From Ylistrum balloti (Eukaryota), in the NCBI RefSeq assembly GCF_031769215.1, contig NW_026781950.1, positions 310,001 through 374,000 on the forward strand: DNA of 64,000 nt. The letters run 5' to 3'. Both the position numbers and the translations under genes were made by a program. Shown in pieces: positions 49,101 to 60,200 of this stretch. Under the pieces are notes generated by a model that saw only the letters and a list, made by a program, of their open reading frames with translations, ran no database searches and was not told where the DNA came from. Positions within the stretch are counted from its first letter, which is position 1, and every line of letters begins with the position of its first letter.

Positions 49101-52100
49101 TCAGTGTGCCACGTCGGACGTGTCAGTTTGATACGTACAGAAATGGCAGTGTACCACGCACAGACGTTTCAGTTTGATATCTACAGAAATGTCAGTGTGC
49201 CACGTACAGACACGTTTCAGTTTGATACGTACAGAAATGACAGTGTGCCATGTACAGACGTTTCAGTTTGATACGTACTGAAATGTCAGTGTGCCACGTA
49301 CAGACGTTTCAGTTTGATACGTACAGAAATTTCAGTATACCACGAACAGAAGTTTCAGTTTGATACGTACAGAAATTTCAGCGTGCCACATACAGAAGTT
49401 TCAGTTTGATACGTACAGAAATGTCAGTGTGCCACGTACAGACGTGTCAGTTTGATACGTACAGAAATGTCAGTGTGCCACGTTCAGAATTTTCAGTTTG
49501 ATACCTACAGCAATGTCAGTGTGCCACGTACAGACGTTTCAGTTTGATACGTACAGAAATATCAGTGTGCAACGCACAGACGGTTCAGTTTGATACGTAG
49601 AGAAACGTCAGTCTGTTACATACAGAGTGTACAGACGTTTCAGTTTGATACGTACAGATATGTCAGTTTACCACGTAAAGAAGTTTCAGTTTGATACGTA
49701 CAGAAATGGCAGTGTGCCACGTTTAGAAGTTTCAGTTTGATACCTACAGAAATGTCAGTGTGCCACGTCGGACGTGTCAGTTTGATACGTACAGAGTTTC
49801 AATACGTACAGAAATGTCAGTGTGCCACGTACAGACGTACAGACGTTTCAGTTTGATACGTACAGAATACGTCATGTCAGTACAGAAGTTTCAGTTTGAT
49901 ACGTACAGAAATGTCCATGTCATGTGTGTGCCAGTACAGAAGTTTCAGTTTGATACGTACAGAAATGTCGGTGTGCCATGTACAGACGTTTCAGTTTGAT
50001 ACGTACGGAATTGTGAGTGTGCCACGTACAGACGTTTCAGTTTGATACGTACAGAAATGGCAGTGTACCACGCACAGACGTTTCAGTTTGATACGTACAG
50101 AAATGTCAGTGTTCCACGCACAGACAGTTCAGTTTGATACGTACAGAAATGTCAGTGTTTCATGTACAGAAGTTTCAGTTTGATACGTACAGAAATATCA
50201 GTGTTCCACGTTCAGAAGTTTCAGTTTGATACGTACAGAAACGTCAGTGTGCCACGTGAAGAAGTTTCATTTTGATACGTACAGAAATGTCAGTGTGCCA
50301 CGTACAGACGTGTCAGTTTGATACGTACAGAAATGGCAGTGTACCACGCACAGACGTTTCAGTTTGATACGTACAGAAATGTCAGTGTGCTACGTACAGA
50401 AGTTTCAGTTTGATACTTACAGAAATGTCAGTGTGCCACGTACAGAAGTTTCAGTTTGATACGTACAGAAATGTCAGTGTGCCACGTAGAGACGTTTCAT
50501 TTTGATACGTACAGAAATTTCAGTATACCACGAACAGAAGTTTCATTTTGATACGTACAGAAACGTCATTGTGCCACGCACAGACAGTTCAGTTTGATAC
50601 GTGGAGAAACGTCAGTCTGTTACATACAGACGTTTCACTTTGATACGTACAGAAATGTCAGTGTGCAACGCACAGACGTGTCAGTTTGATACGTACAGAA
50701 ATGGCAATGTAACACGCACAGACGTTTCAGTTTGATACGTACAGAAATGTCAGTGTGCCACGTTCAGAAGTTTCAGTTTGATACCTACAGCAATGTCAGT
50801 GTGCCACGTACAGACGTTTCAGTTTGATACGTACAGAAATGTCAGTGTGCCACGCACAGACAGTTCAGTTTGATACGTACAGAAATGTCAGTGTGTCATG
50901 TACAGAAGTTTCAGTTTGATACGTACAGAAACGTCAGTGTGCCACGTGAAGAAGTTTCATTTTGATACGTACAGAAATGTCAGTGTGCCACGTACAGACG
51001 TGTCAGTTTGATACGTACAGAAATGTCAGTGTACCACGTACAGACGTTTCATTTTGATACGTACAGAAATGTCAGTGTTCCACCTACAGAGGGTTCAGTT
51101 CGATACGTACAGAAATGTCAGTATACCATGAACAGAAGTTAGAGTTTGATACGTACAGAAATTTCAGTGTGCCACGAACAGAAGTTTCAGTTTGATACGT
51201 ACAGAAATTTCAGCGTGCCACATACAGAAGTTTCATTTTGAAACGTGCAGAAATGTCAGTGTGCCACGCACAGACAGTTCAGTTTGATACGTACAGAAAT
51301 GTCAGTGTGTCATGTACAGAAGTTTCAGTTTGATACGTACAGAAACGTCAGTGTGCCACGTCGGACGTGTCAGTTTGATACGTACAGAAATGTCAGTGTG
51401 CCACGTACAGACGTTTCAGTTTGATACGTACAGAAATGGCAGTGTACCACGCACAGACGTTTCAGTTTGATACGTACAGAAATGTCAGTGTTCCACGTAC
51501 AGACGTGTCAGTTTAATATGTACAGAAATGGCAATGGAACACACACAGACGTTTCAGTTTGACACGCACAGACGTTTCAGTTTGATACGTACAGAAATGT
51601 CAGTGTGACAGAAATGTTCAATACAGACGGTTCAGTTCGATACGTACAGAAATGTCAGTATGTCACGTACAGACGTTTCAGTTTGATACGTACAGAAATA
51701 TCAGTGTGCTACGCACAGACAGTTCAGTTTGATACGTAGAGAAACGTCAGTCTGTTACATACAGACGGTTCAGTTCGATACGTACAGAAATGTCAGTATG
51801 TCACGAATAGACGTTTCAGTTTGATACGTTCAGAAATGTCAGTGTGCAACGCACAACCGGTTCAGTTTGATACGTACAGATGTGTCAGTGTGCCACGTAC
51901 AGACGTTTCAGTTTGATACGTACAGAAATGTCAGTGTGCCACGTACAGACGTTTCAGTTTGATACGTACAGAAATGTCAGTGTGCCACGTAGAGACGTTT
52001 CATTTTGATACGTACAGAAACGTCATTGTGCCACGCACAGACAGTTCAGTTTGATACGTACAGAAATGTCAGTGTGTCACGTACAGACGGTTCAGTTTGA

Positions 52101-54404
52101 TACGTGCAGAAATGTCAGTGTGCCACATACAAATGTTTTCGTACCACGTATACCATGTACAAAATTTCTGCTTAACAAGTACAGAAAGGTCATTTTACCA
52201 GATACAGATGGCACATTTTAACACGTCAGTTGATGACATGCTGGGATGTCAGATGCATAGAAATGTACATTAACATGGAATTGTATTCAAACCCTCAGTT
52301 TCCTAGTGAACAGAGAGGTATATATGATATATTGTTGATTAAATTTTCAAAAAATGTTACCTGTCATGTGGAAGACGGATTTGAATCCGAGACCAAATCT
52401 GCCTACTTTCATGGCGTTCTCGCGTTTACCACTGCGGTAAATACTTCTGATGTATGTCCAGTCCTTTCCATTGAATACCTCATCGTTATAGACACACAGT
52501 GCAGGGGACTTAAAGTATAGGAAGTAAAAAATATGAATAGGAGACATGACAAAGCACCATTTTATAATCTTTTATTGAATATCATAAAAGATACATGTGC
52601 ACACACTATATAACATTGATTGCTCGGTAACTGTATTTTGTAATTGAAACAAAAGACAATTACATGGTTAAAACGTAAATGAAAACTACATTTTATATTC
52701 TATTTTCGTGATTTGCCTATAACCAAGTAAATAACGAAAGTTTCAACGTAGCGAATAATTCTCGATGTAAGTAAGTGCCAAGTCCCTTACTGATAAAACC
52801 TGACTTAAAGTTACTCCCATCATAAGTTGAACAATTTACAAAGGAGAACAAGAGTTTACGAAACACTATGCCCCTGGTTGCAACAAATATTGCAAGCAAA
52901 TATGAGAGCCCTACTTCCTACGGTGCAATAGTTGTGGGCAAGGTTATAATGTTGACAAACAGACAGCACAAAATCAGTATGTCCCAAATCTCTGATTCGG
53001 GGGGCATAATAAAATTTTATTTGTTTTTTGTTTTTGTTTTTGTTTTTTTGTTTTTTTTTTTCATTGCATTTTCTTTATTTATGAATCATTTAACTTATTA
53101 AATAAATTTCTTCCTTTATTCTGAGTATAACTGTCGTCCGAATTTTGTTGAGTGACGAGATTTATGGCAGTTACATTTAAGCCAATATTCCTATTCGTAA
53201 ATATTAGATACGAAATTTGCTATTACCCTGAAATATTCAGAATAACATCCACTTTGAAGTTCTCCTGGTGATTTTTCCTTGGAGTCGTTCACGTAGATAA
53301 TCTGCATCTCGGAGGCGTTTGCATCATCAGCGTTTTGAATAAGCTCCTGGTTTCGATATAAAAATAACTGTTTATGTAGTGATTCACATACAAACATAAA
53401 ACATATATGATGTGATGAATCTTCAATGAGAGATTGTTATGAAACGGATGCGATAAAGAATGACATTTTCCTAAAATCAATAAAGAAATGATACGTATAT
53501 AGTTAAAGTAGATTTTCGAATCAAAAGCATCCAAAAACAAGAGAACAATCTAAAGGACAGGCTAGTTCTACCAATATTGAAACCAAAACGACACTATTCA
53601 TATAAACTTTTTAGCTATTAAGGTTTCTAAAACCATTTCGGGAGTATTTATACAGCAAAGAGCTGGGTAAAGGTTAATAGTATACCCGGATGATTTGAGC
53701 GTCTTGATAACTGTCCAATATAGACTTCAACTGTTCTAGAAGTGACGGCTGGTCCATTTCACGGTCTGAATCTGATGATTCGGAGTCCGAATCTGGAATA
53801 ATATTTAATCATTTGCAACTGCATCTTTATTTCCCTATACAGGAGGATTGGCTATATTGATTCTGGCTAAAGCATAGATACCTGTCTTAAAATAATGTAA
53901 CCCTTTCCTTGATAAAGTGGCCAGGTGACTATTTTCCCTCTCCTACATTAGTAAAAACTATTTTCGGTTCAGTGTGATGTGGTATATTGGTCTTCATGGT
54001 TTTTTCACATTAGTTTTGTAATAAACAGCCAAATTTTCAAATCACGCTTTTTATTAATGCAAAAAGCTTGCCGTTTGCCAAGTTTCAGACCCGCATATCA
54101 TAAATGTACGCCACTGGGGCAGAGCCGTATAAATTTTATAGATCCATGTAAAGTTTGGTCAAATGTAGCCCATAACTTTTGGGGAAAAGAAGATAAAAAT
54201 GCTCATTTGGCCCTCCAAACCAAGCGATCTAAAAATGTTCCAGAACACCAGAGGAAAATGCATTCAAATAATCCAGTACAGACTGGCCCGTTATTTACAT
54301 ACTACCACCTCTCCGGGCCTCGAACATGACAGTGTAAATCAAGGAATATTTCACGTACCCATGTTGATGGCCTGAGAGACCTCGTCATCTTCGGAATTAG
54401 CCAT
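33884..54404 (-). CDS. SACS: Sacsin-like protein, about 4351 aa, 7 coding exons: 3 sacsin repeats (GHKL/Hsp90-like), J-domain (HPD), C-terminal HEPN; no N-terminal UBL seen
   Basis: Exons 54359-54404, 53686-53792, 53227-53346, 52361-52508, 45766-47298, 34721-45540, 33884-34165 total 13056 bp, in phase. Motifs ELIQNADDA..KVGRFGLGF, ELVQNAADA..KIGKFGLGF, ELLQNADDA..KTGQFGVGF, three FCFLPLP...LPVHING motifs, LLIWHPDKN, WLRQA...MRYPD. Confidence 0.93.
34721..45540 (-). CDS. SACS: Sacsin-like giant exon 6, 10820 bp
   Basis: Inside the 3715-aa ORF; TTTCAG acceptor at 45541-45542, GTAAGA donor after ...YMFHQ. Confidence 0.93.
45766..47298 (-). CDS. SACS: Sacsin-like exon 5, 1533 bp
   Basis: ORF 45761-47266 extended to a TTGCAG acceptor (DNPVIISGDQILVIDP); GTTAGT donor. 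Confidence 0.93.
47450..52135. repeat. 46-bp satellite (2 x 23 bp), about 100 units, in sacsin-like intron 4
   Basis: Unit CGTACAGACGTTTCAGTTTGATA+CGTACAGAAATGTCAGTGTGCCA; period 46 measured at 51901 and 51947. Confidence 0.95.
52361..52508 (-). CDS. SACS: Sacsin-like exon 4 (PALCVYND...KVGRFGLGFKSVFHMT)
   Basis: 148 bp, GHKL GxFGxG motif, GTAAC donor. Confidence 0.92.
53227..53346 (-). CDS. SACS: Sacsin-like exon 3 (ELIQNADDA...)
   Basis: 120 bp, phase 0/0, GHKL ExxxN motif. Confidence 0.9.
53686..53792 (-). CDS. SACS: Sacsin-like exon 2 (DSDSESSDSDREMDQPSLLEQLKSILDSYQDAQIIR)
   Basis: TTCCAG acceptor, GT donor; homologous to the start of the other two repeats (EPLTTRLNNILENYPDG, EELVTRLRGILEEYPRD); not in the ORF track. 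Confidence 0.88.
54359..54404 (-). CDS. SACS: Sacsin-like exon 1 (MANSEDDEVSQAINM)
   Basis: AAAATGG start, GTACGT donor, phase 1 matches the next exon. Confidence 0.7.
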
Positions 54405-55430
54405 TTTGTGTTGTTTTAGAACAGGTTTCAAATCTGGTTCATTAACCCTGTTACTCTTCCTTTTCCGGTTCCCATGGGAGGAACTGGACGGATTTTTCTC
54501 GTCATCCTGACGATCTTCAAAAGATATGGGTGAAATTAATTCAGATATCAAACAATTCTTGTAATATTCTTTACAAATGTTGTCGTCCGAGAATTTCTTG
54601 AATTTTCATGAAAAACAAAATCATGCTGATCATTTATTTATATATTTGTATTTTTATTTACTTAAATTTTTTTTCTTTATATTTCACCTTTTTCTTTGGA
54701 AATTAAAAACAAATTAACAGAAAGAGCATTCTCAATGTAATGTTTGACTGATACAAACTGTTGAAACATTTCCAAATGTCAGACACATATTCTTTCATGT
54801 ACAAGAGGCGAAACACTAACCCATGTTGTCTACTGCTTACTCCATTGTGTAATCTAAGAAATAAGAAGCCAGCATTATGATATCTACATATAAATTATTT
54901 AACACAAAACATCAGAGTGCCAGATATTCTATAGCGTATTACAGTATCAAGAAACCTGATTTGAAAAAGTAGAAAAAGGCCAACAAATATACATACATAT
55001 GCAAGGATCCAAAATGCAACGTTGAATAAGTATCATTAACTCATCAAGAGCTGGAAACAGAATGTTTCAACTTACTACACATTGCTAATCACACAAAAAC
55101 AAAGTGCGAACAAAACGATAGCATTGAAGACACTTAATGAATGACAAAGTAGCATTATTCTTACCACAAATGGTTAACATTAGGGAGGCAAATTACCAAA
55201 CTCTCTGGCTCCATTACATATTACAAACATCAAGAAACTCTAGCTACATTACACAATATAAAAATACTAGAATTCTGAACTATTGAGACCTATCAATATT
55301 ATGAGTGAAGGTATTGTGAACAACTATTAAATAATTCAAGTCAGTCTGGATTTCAGCATCAAAGGCAAAAAATCATAGCTCTCGACATTTCTGCATAATT
55401 TCGGCTCAATGACATCAGTAACGGAGTCCT

Positions 55431-57020
55431 AGCTTCAATGTAGAAAGTAAAAGTAACAGGTCCCCAGCCCATTGTAGAAAGTTAAAGTAACATAGCCCCA
55501 GCTCCAATGTAGAAAGTAAAATTAACATAGCCCCAGCTCCATTGTAGCAAGTAAAAGTAACATAGCCCCAGGTCCATTGTAGAATGTAAGTGACATAGCC
55601 CCAGCTCCATTGTAGAAAGTATAAGTAACATAGCCCCAGCTCCAATGTAGAAAGTAAAAGGAACATAGCCCCAGTTCCAATGTAGGAAGTAAAAGTAACG
55701 TAGCCCCAGCTCCATTGTAGAAAGTAAAAATAACAGGGCGCCAGTTCCAATGTAGAAAGTAAAAGTAACACAGCCCCATTTCCAATGTAAAATGTAAAAT
55801 TAACATAGCCCCAGGTCCATTGTAGAAAGTAAACGTAACATAGCCCCATTTCCAATGTAAAATGTAAAATTAACATAGCCCCAGGTCCATTGTAGAAAGT
55901 AAACGTAACATAGCCCCAGGTCCATTGTAGAAAGTAAAAGTAACATAGCCCCAGTTCCAACGTAGAAAGTAAAAGTAACATAGGCCCAGTTCCAACGTAG
56001 AAAGTAAAAGTAACATAGCCCCACCTCCATTGTAGAAAGTAAAAGTAACATAGCCCCAGGTCCATTGTAGAAAGTAAAATTAGCATAGCCCCAGGTCCAT
56101 TGTAGAAAGTAAAATTAACAGGGCCCCAGCTCCAATATAGAAAGTAAAAGTAACATAGCCCCACCTCCATTGTAGAAAGTAAAAGTAACATAGCCCCAGC
56201 TCCATTGTAGAAAGTAAAAGTAACATAGCCCCAGCTCCATTGTAGAAAGTAAAAGTAACATAGCCCCACCTCCATTGTAGAAAGTAAAAGTAACATAGCC
56301 CCACCTCCATTGTAGAAAGTAAAATTAACATAGCTCCAGCTCCATTGTAGAAAGTAAAATTAACATAGCTCCAGCTCAAATATAGAAAGGAAAATAACAG
56401 GGCCCCAGCTCAAATATAGAAAGGAAAATAACATAGCCCCAGCTCAAATATAGAAAGGAAAATAACAGGGCCCCAGCTCAAATATAGAAAGGAAAATAAC
56501 AGGGCCCCAGCTCCATTGTAGAAAGTAAAATTAACAGGGCCCCAGTTCCAATGTAGAAAGTAAAATTACCAGGGCCCCAGCTCCATTGTAGAAAATAAAA
56601 GTAACATAGCCCCAGTTCCAATGTAGAAAGTAAAAGTAACATAGCCCCACCTCCATTGTAGAAAGTAAAATTAACATAGCTCCAGCTCCATTGTAGAAAG
56701 TAAAATTAACATAGCTCCAGCTCCAGCTCCAATATAGAAAGTAAAGATAACATAGCCCCAGCTGAAATATAGAAAGGAAAATAACAGGGCCCCAGCTCAA
56801 ATATAGAAAGGAAAATAACAGGGCCCCAGCTCCATTGTAGAAAGTAAAATTAACAGGGCCCCAGCTCCATTGTAGAAAGTAAAAGTAAAAGAGCCCCAGC
56901 TCAAATATGGAAAGTAAAAGCAACAGGGCTCCAGCTCCAATGTAGAACGTAAAATCAACAGGGCCCCAGCTCCAATATAGAAAGTAAAAGTAACATAGCC
57001 CCAGCTCCAATGTAGAAAGT
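55431..57020. repeat. 34-35-bp minisatellite array, about 45 units
   Basis: Unit GTAGAAAGTAAAAGTAACATAGCCCCAGCTCCATT and variants. Confidence 0.95.
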
Positions 57021-57274
57021 AAAATATCTAAAGTTTAAAAAAAATGGTCGGTATTATTGTGACCGTTATATTTAGGAACCTGATACATCTTCCCTCGCAT
57101 TTATTTCATATCAAATAATAATTCGAAGCTGCCAAACTGAAATGTTCGGTTTCACTTAAAAGTTTCCATGAATTGAAATTGAACACAAGAGTTAAAAGTA
57201 TTTAGATAAATTTCATGTTTGTTACAAACTAATGACAAAAGATGTAAACAACTTACAGCAACACAAAGCAAAAT

Positions 57275-60200
57275 ATCAACAACATTACTCAAAAAACTCC
57301 AAAGAATGGCATTTTATGTTAAGTCGAAAATGTTTCGTACGACCCATGGCTTATATTCCACTTCAGATATATGTATATAAAGAAAGCAATGGAACATCTA
57401 TTCTAATATACTGATACCTAATGATAATACCTACCTTAATATTTAGTTGAAATGTACAATTTTATACACAAACTAGTCAATATTCATTCTAAATGTACAA
57501 AAAAATCATACAGATATTTCTGTGTCTTACTCTCGTCAAAAAAGTCTGTCTTTCTGTCTGTTGTCTCTGTATGTCGGCCACTTTTCTCTAGTCCTGGATT
57601 TAATGAGTAAATAATCAATTTTATCGCCTCAATTCAAGTATGCATACTTACATAAGATCGTAGTGGTTAAGTTTTGTCTTTCGTTTTGTCAGAGGTTAAC
57701 ATGCCGTCATGAAATGGTCGCGTCGATTTGCCTGATCATGCATATATTAACCCTCGTCCACGTAACATCCGCTTTATGGCTTACAGAAAACGAAAGTGAA
57801 ACAAGATATCACAGACAATACACATTGACCGAGTTCATCGCTTACGCCGTAGTTTACAAAAATTACATGTGCTCTATTTTTAGTGTCTAGAAGATTGATT
57901 TTCGTATGTTGAATTGAAATAATGAATGTGTGTGCTCTGTCGATGTAATTTACAATTAGTTCTGATAACATTATACATGGTTGGGTAAATATATGTACAC
58001 GGTCCGTGGGGTCGGGGATTTGTATCTGGAAGCCTGACAACAGAATATTGATAATATTAAACACACACCTTATCAGGCCGAGAGTCCTGATAACAGCCAG
58101 AGGGCTGATAAGGATGTGATATTAAAACGGTTATATAATAGTCTTTTTATCACACGTTTTTTATAACTCATCCAACTTGACAACTCTCGCAGCATGTACT
58201 TCTAAAATTGCCTCTCCATTATTAGTCCTCGTCGCCATGCTTAGCTATTAACGTTTTTAAAAAGGGAAACCAACCAGAAACGGCACAATCCGGAAATTTG
58301 AGTGGGATTCTAAATTGGTGTTTCGTAAGAAAAAAAATCATTTCTTCTAAGCCAACCACACTTATGTTAAATTTACACACCGATAAGCGGAAGTGACAGA
58401 ATATAAAACATTGAGAGGGAGTGTGATATCACTTTCAAGAGGTCTTAATATCACTTTGTGGAAATTCAGACTTATCACACATACAAAAACGGTGTTATTA
58501 GTAGTAAATATGATAACAGTTGATACGACTCGTTGAGTCAGGGTTTGTACTTCGATACTTAACGATATTACGTAAACTGAATCCCTGGGTCGAGAAATGT
58601 GCCACAATTCTTTTATACATACCTCGATCAGCAAACGCTCTGAAGACATAGTCGTTCCCATGGCATAGGTCACATGGTGTTATTCACTCACGTGTTATAC
58701 ATTCACAAAGACATTTCCAGAAATTCGTATATCGAAACTGAAAGTAGTCCACTTCCATACAACTCCCAGTTAGAATTTTTACATACGGGACACAGCAATG
58801 TTAATGTAGTAGAGAATGGACAACAAAAAACAATGATAATTCTACCAAACTAAATGTACCATACTTAAATTACTCAGCAGGTTTAACCTTTTGACATTTG
58901 TATTCTAAAGCAAATTACAGCTCCATTGTAGAAAGTAAAATTAACAGGGCCCCAGCTCCAATGTAGAAAGTAAAATTAACAGGGCCCCAGCTCCAATGTA
59001 GAAAGTAAAATTAACAGGGCCCCAGCTCCATTGTAGAAAGTAAAATTAACATAGCTCCAGTTCCAATGTAGAAAGTAAAAGTAACATAGCCCCAGCTCCA
59101 TTGTAGAAAGTAAAATTAACATAGCCCCAGGTCCGTTGTAGAAAGTAAAAGTAACATAGCCCCACCTCCATTGTAGAAAGTAAAAATAACATAGCTCCAG
59201 CTCCAGCTCAAATATAGAAAGGAAAATAACAGGGCCCCAGCTCAAATATAGAAAGGAAAATAACAGGGCCCCAGCTCCAATGTAGAAAGTAAAATTAACA
59301 GGGCCCCAGCTCCAATGTAGAAAGTAAAATTAACAGGGCCCCAGCTCCATTGTAGAAAGTAAAAGTAACATAGCCCCAGCTCAAATATGGAAAGTAAAAG
59401 CAACAGGGCCCCAACTCCAATGAAGAAAGTAAAATTAACAGGGCCCCAGCTCCAATATAGAAAGTAAAAGTAACATAGCCCCAGCTCCAATGTAGAAAGT
59501 AAAATATCTAAAGTTTAAAAAAATCAACAACATTACTCAAAAAACTTTAAAGAATGGCATTTTATGTTAAGTCGAAAATGTTTCGTACGACCCATGGCTT
59601 ATATTCCACTTCAGATATATGTATATAAAGAAAGCAATGGAACATCTATTCTAATATACTGATACCTAATGATAATACCTACCTTAATATTTAGTTGAAA
59701 TGTACAATTTTATACACAAACTAGTCAATATTCATTCTAAATGTACAAAAAAATCATACAGATATTTCTGTGTCTTACTCTCGTCAAAAAAGTCTGTCTT
59801 TCTGTCTGTTGTCTCTGTATGTCGGCCACTTTTCTCTAGTCCTGGATTTAATGAGTAAATAATCAATTTTATCGCCTCAATTCAAGTATGCATACTTACA
59901 TAAGATCGTAGTGGTTAAGTTTTGTCTTTCGTTTTGTCAGAGGTTAACATGCCGTCATGAAATGGTCGCGTCGATTTTCCTGATCATGCATATATTAACC
60001 CTCGTCCACGTAACATCCGCTTTATGGCTTACAGAAAACGAAAGTGAAACAAGATATCACAGACAATACACATTGACCGAGTTCATCGCTTACGCCGTAG
60101 TTTACAAAAATTACATGTGCTCTATTTTTAGTGTCTAGAAGATTGATTTTCGTATGTTGAATTGAAATAATGAATGTGTGTGCTCTGTCGATGTAATTTA

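Noticed and set aside
47450-52135. CRISPR-like appearance of the 46-bp, 35-bp and 55-bp arrays
   Set aside because: Units are contiguous with no unique spacers, there are no cas genes, and the context is eukaryotic.
33884-54404. Recent horizontal transfer of a bacterial GHKL-HEPN gene
   Set aside because: It has six spliceosomal introns and the full animal sacsin architecture.
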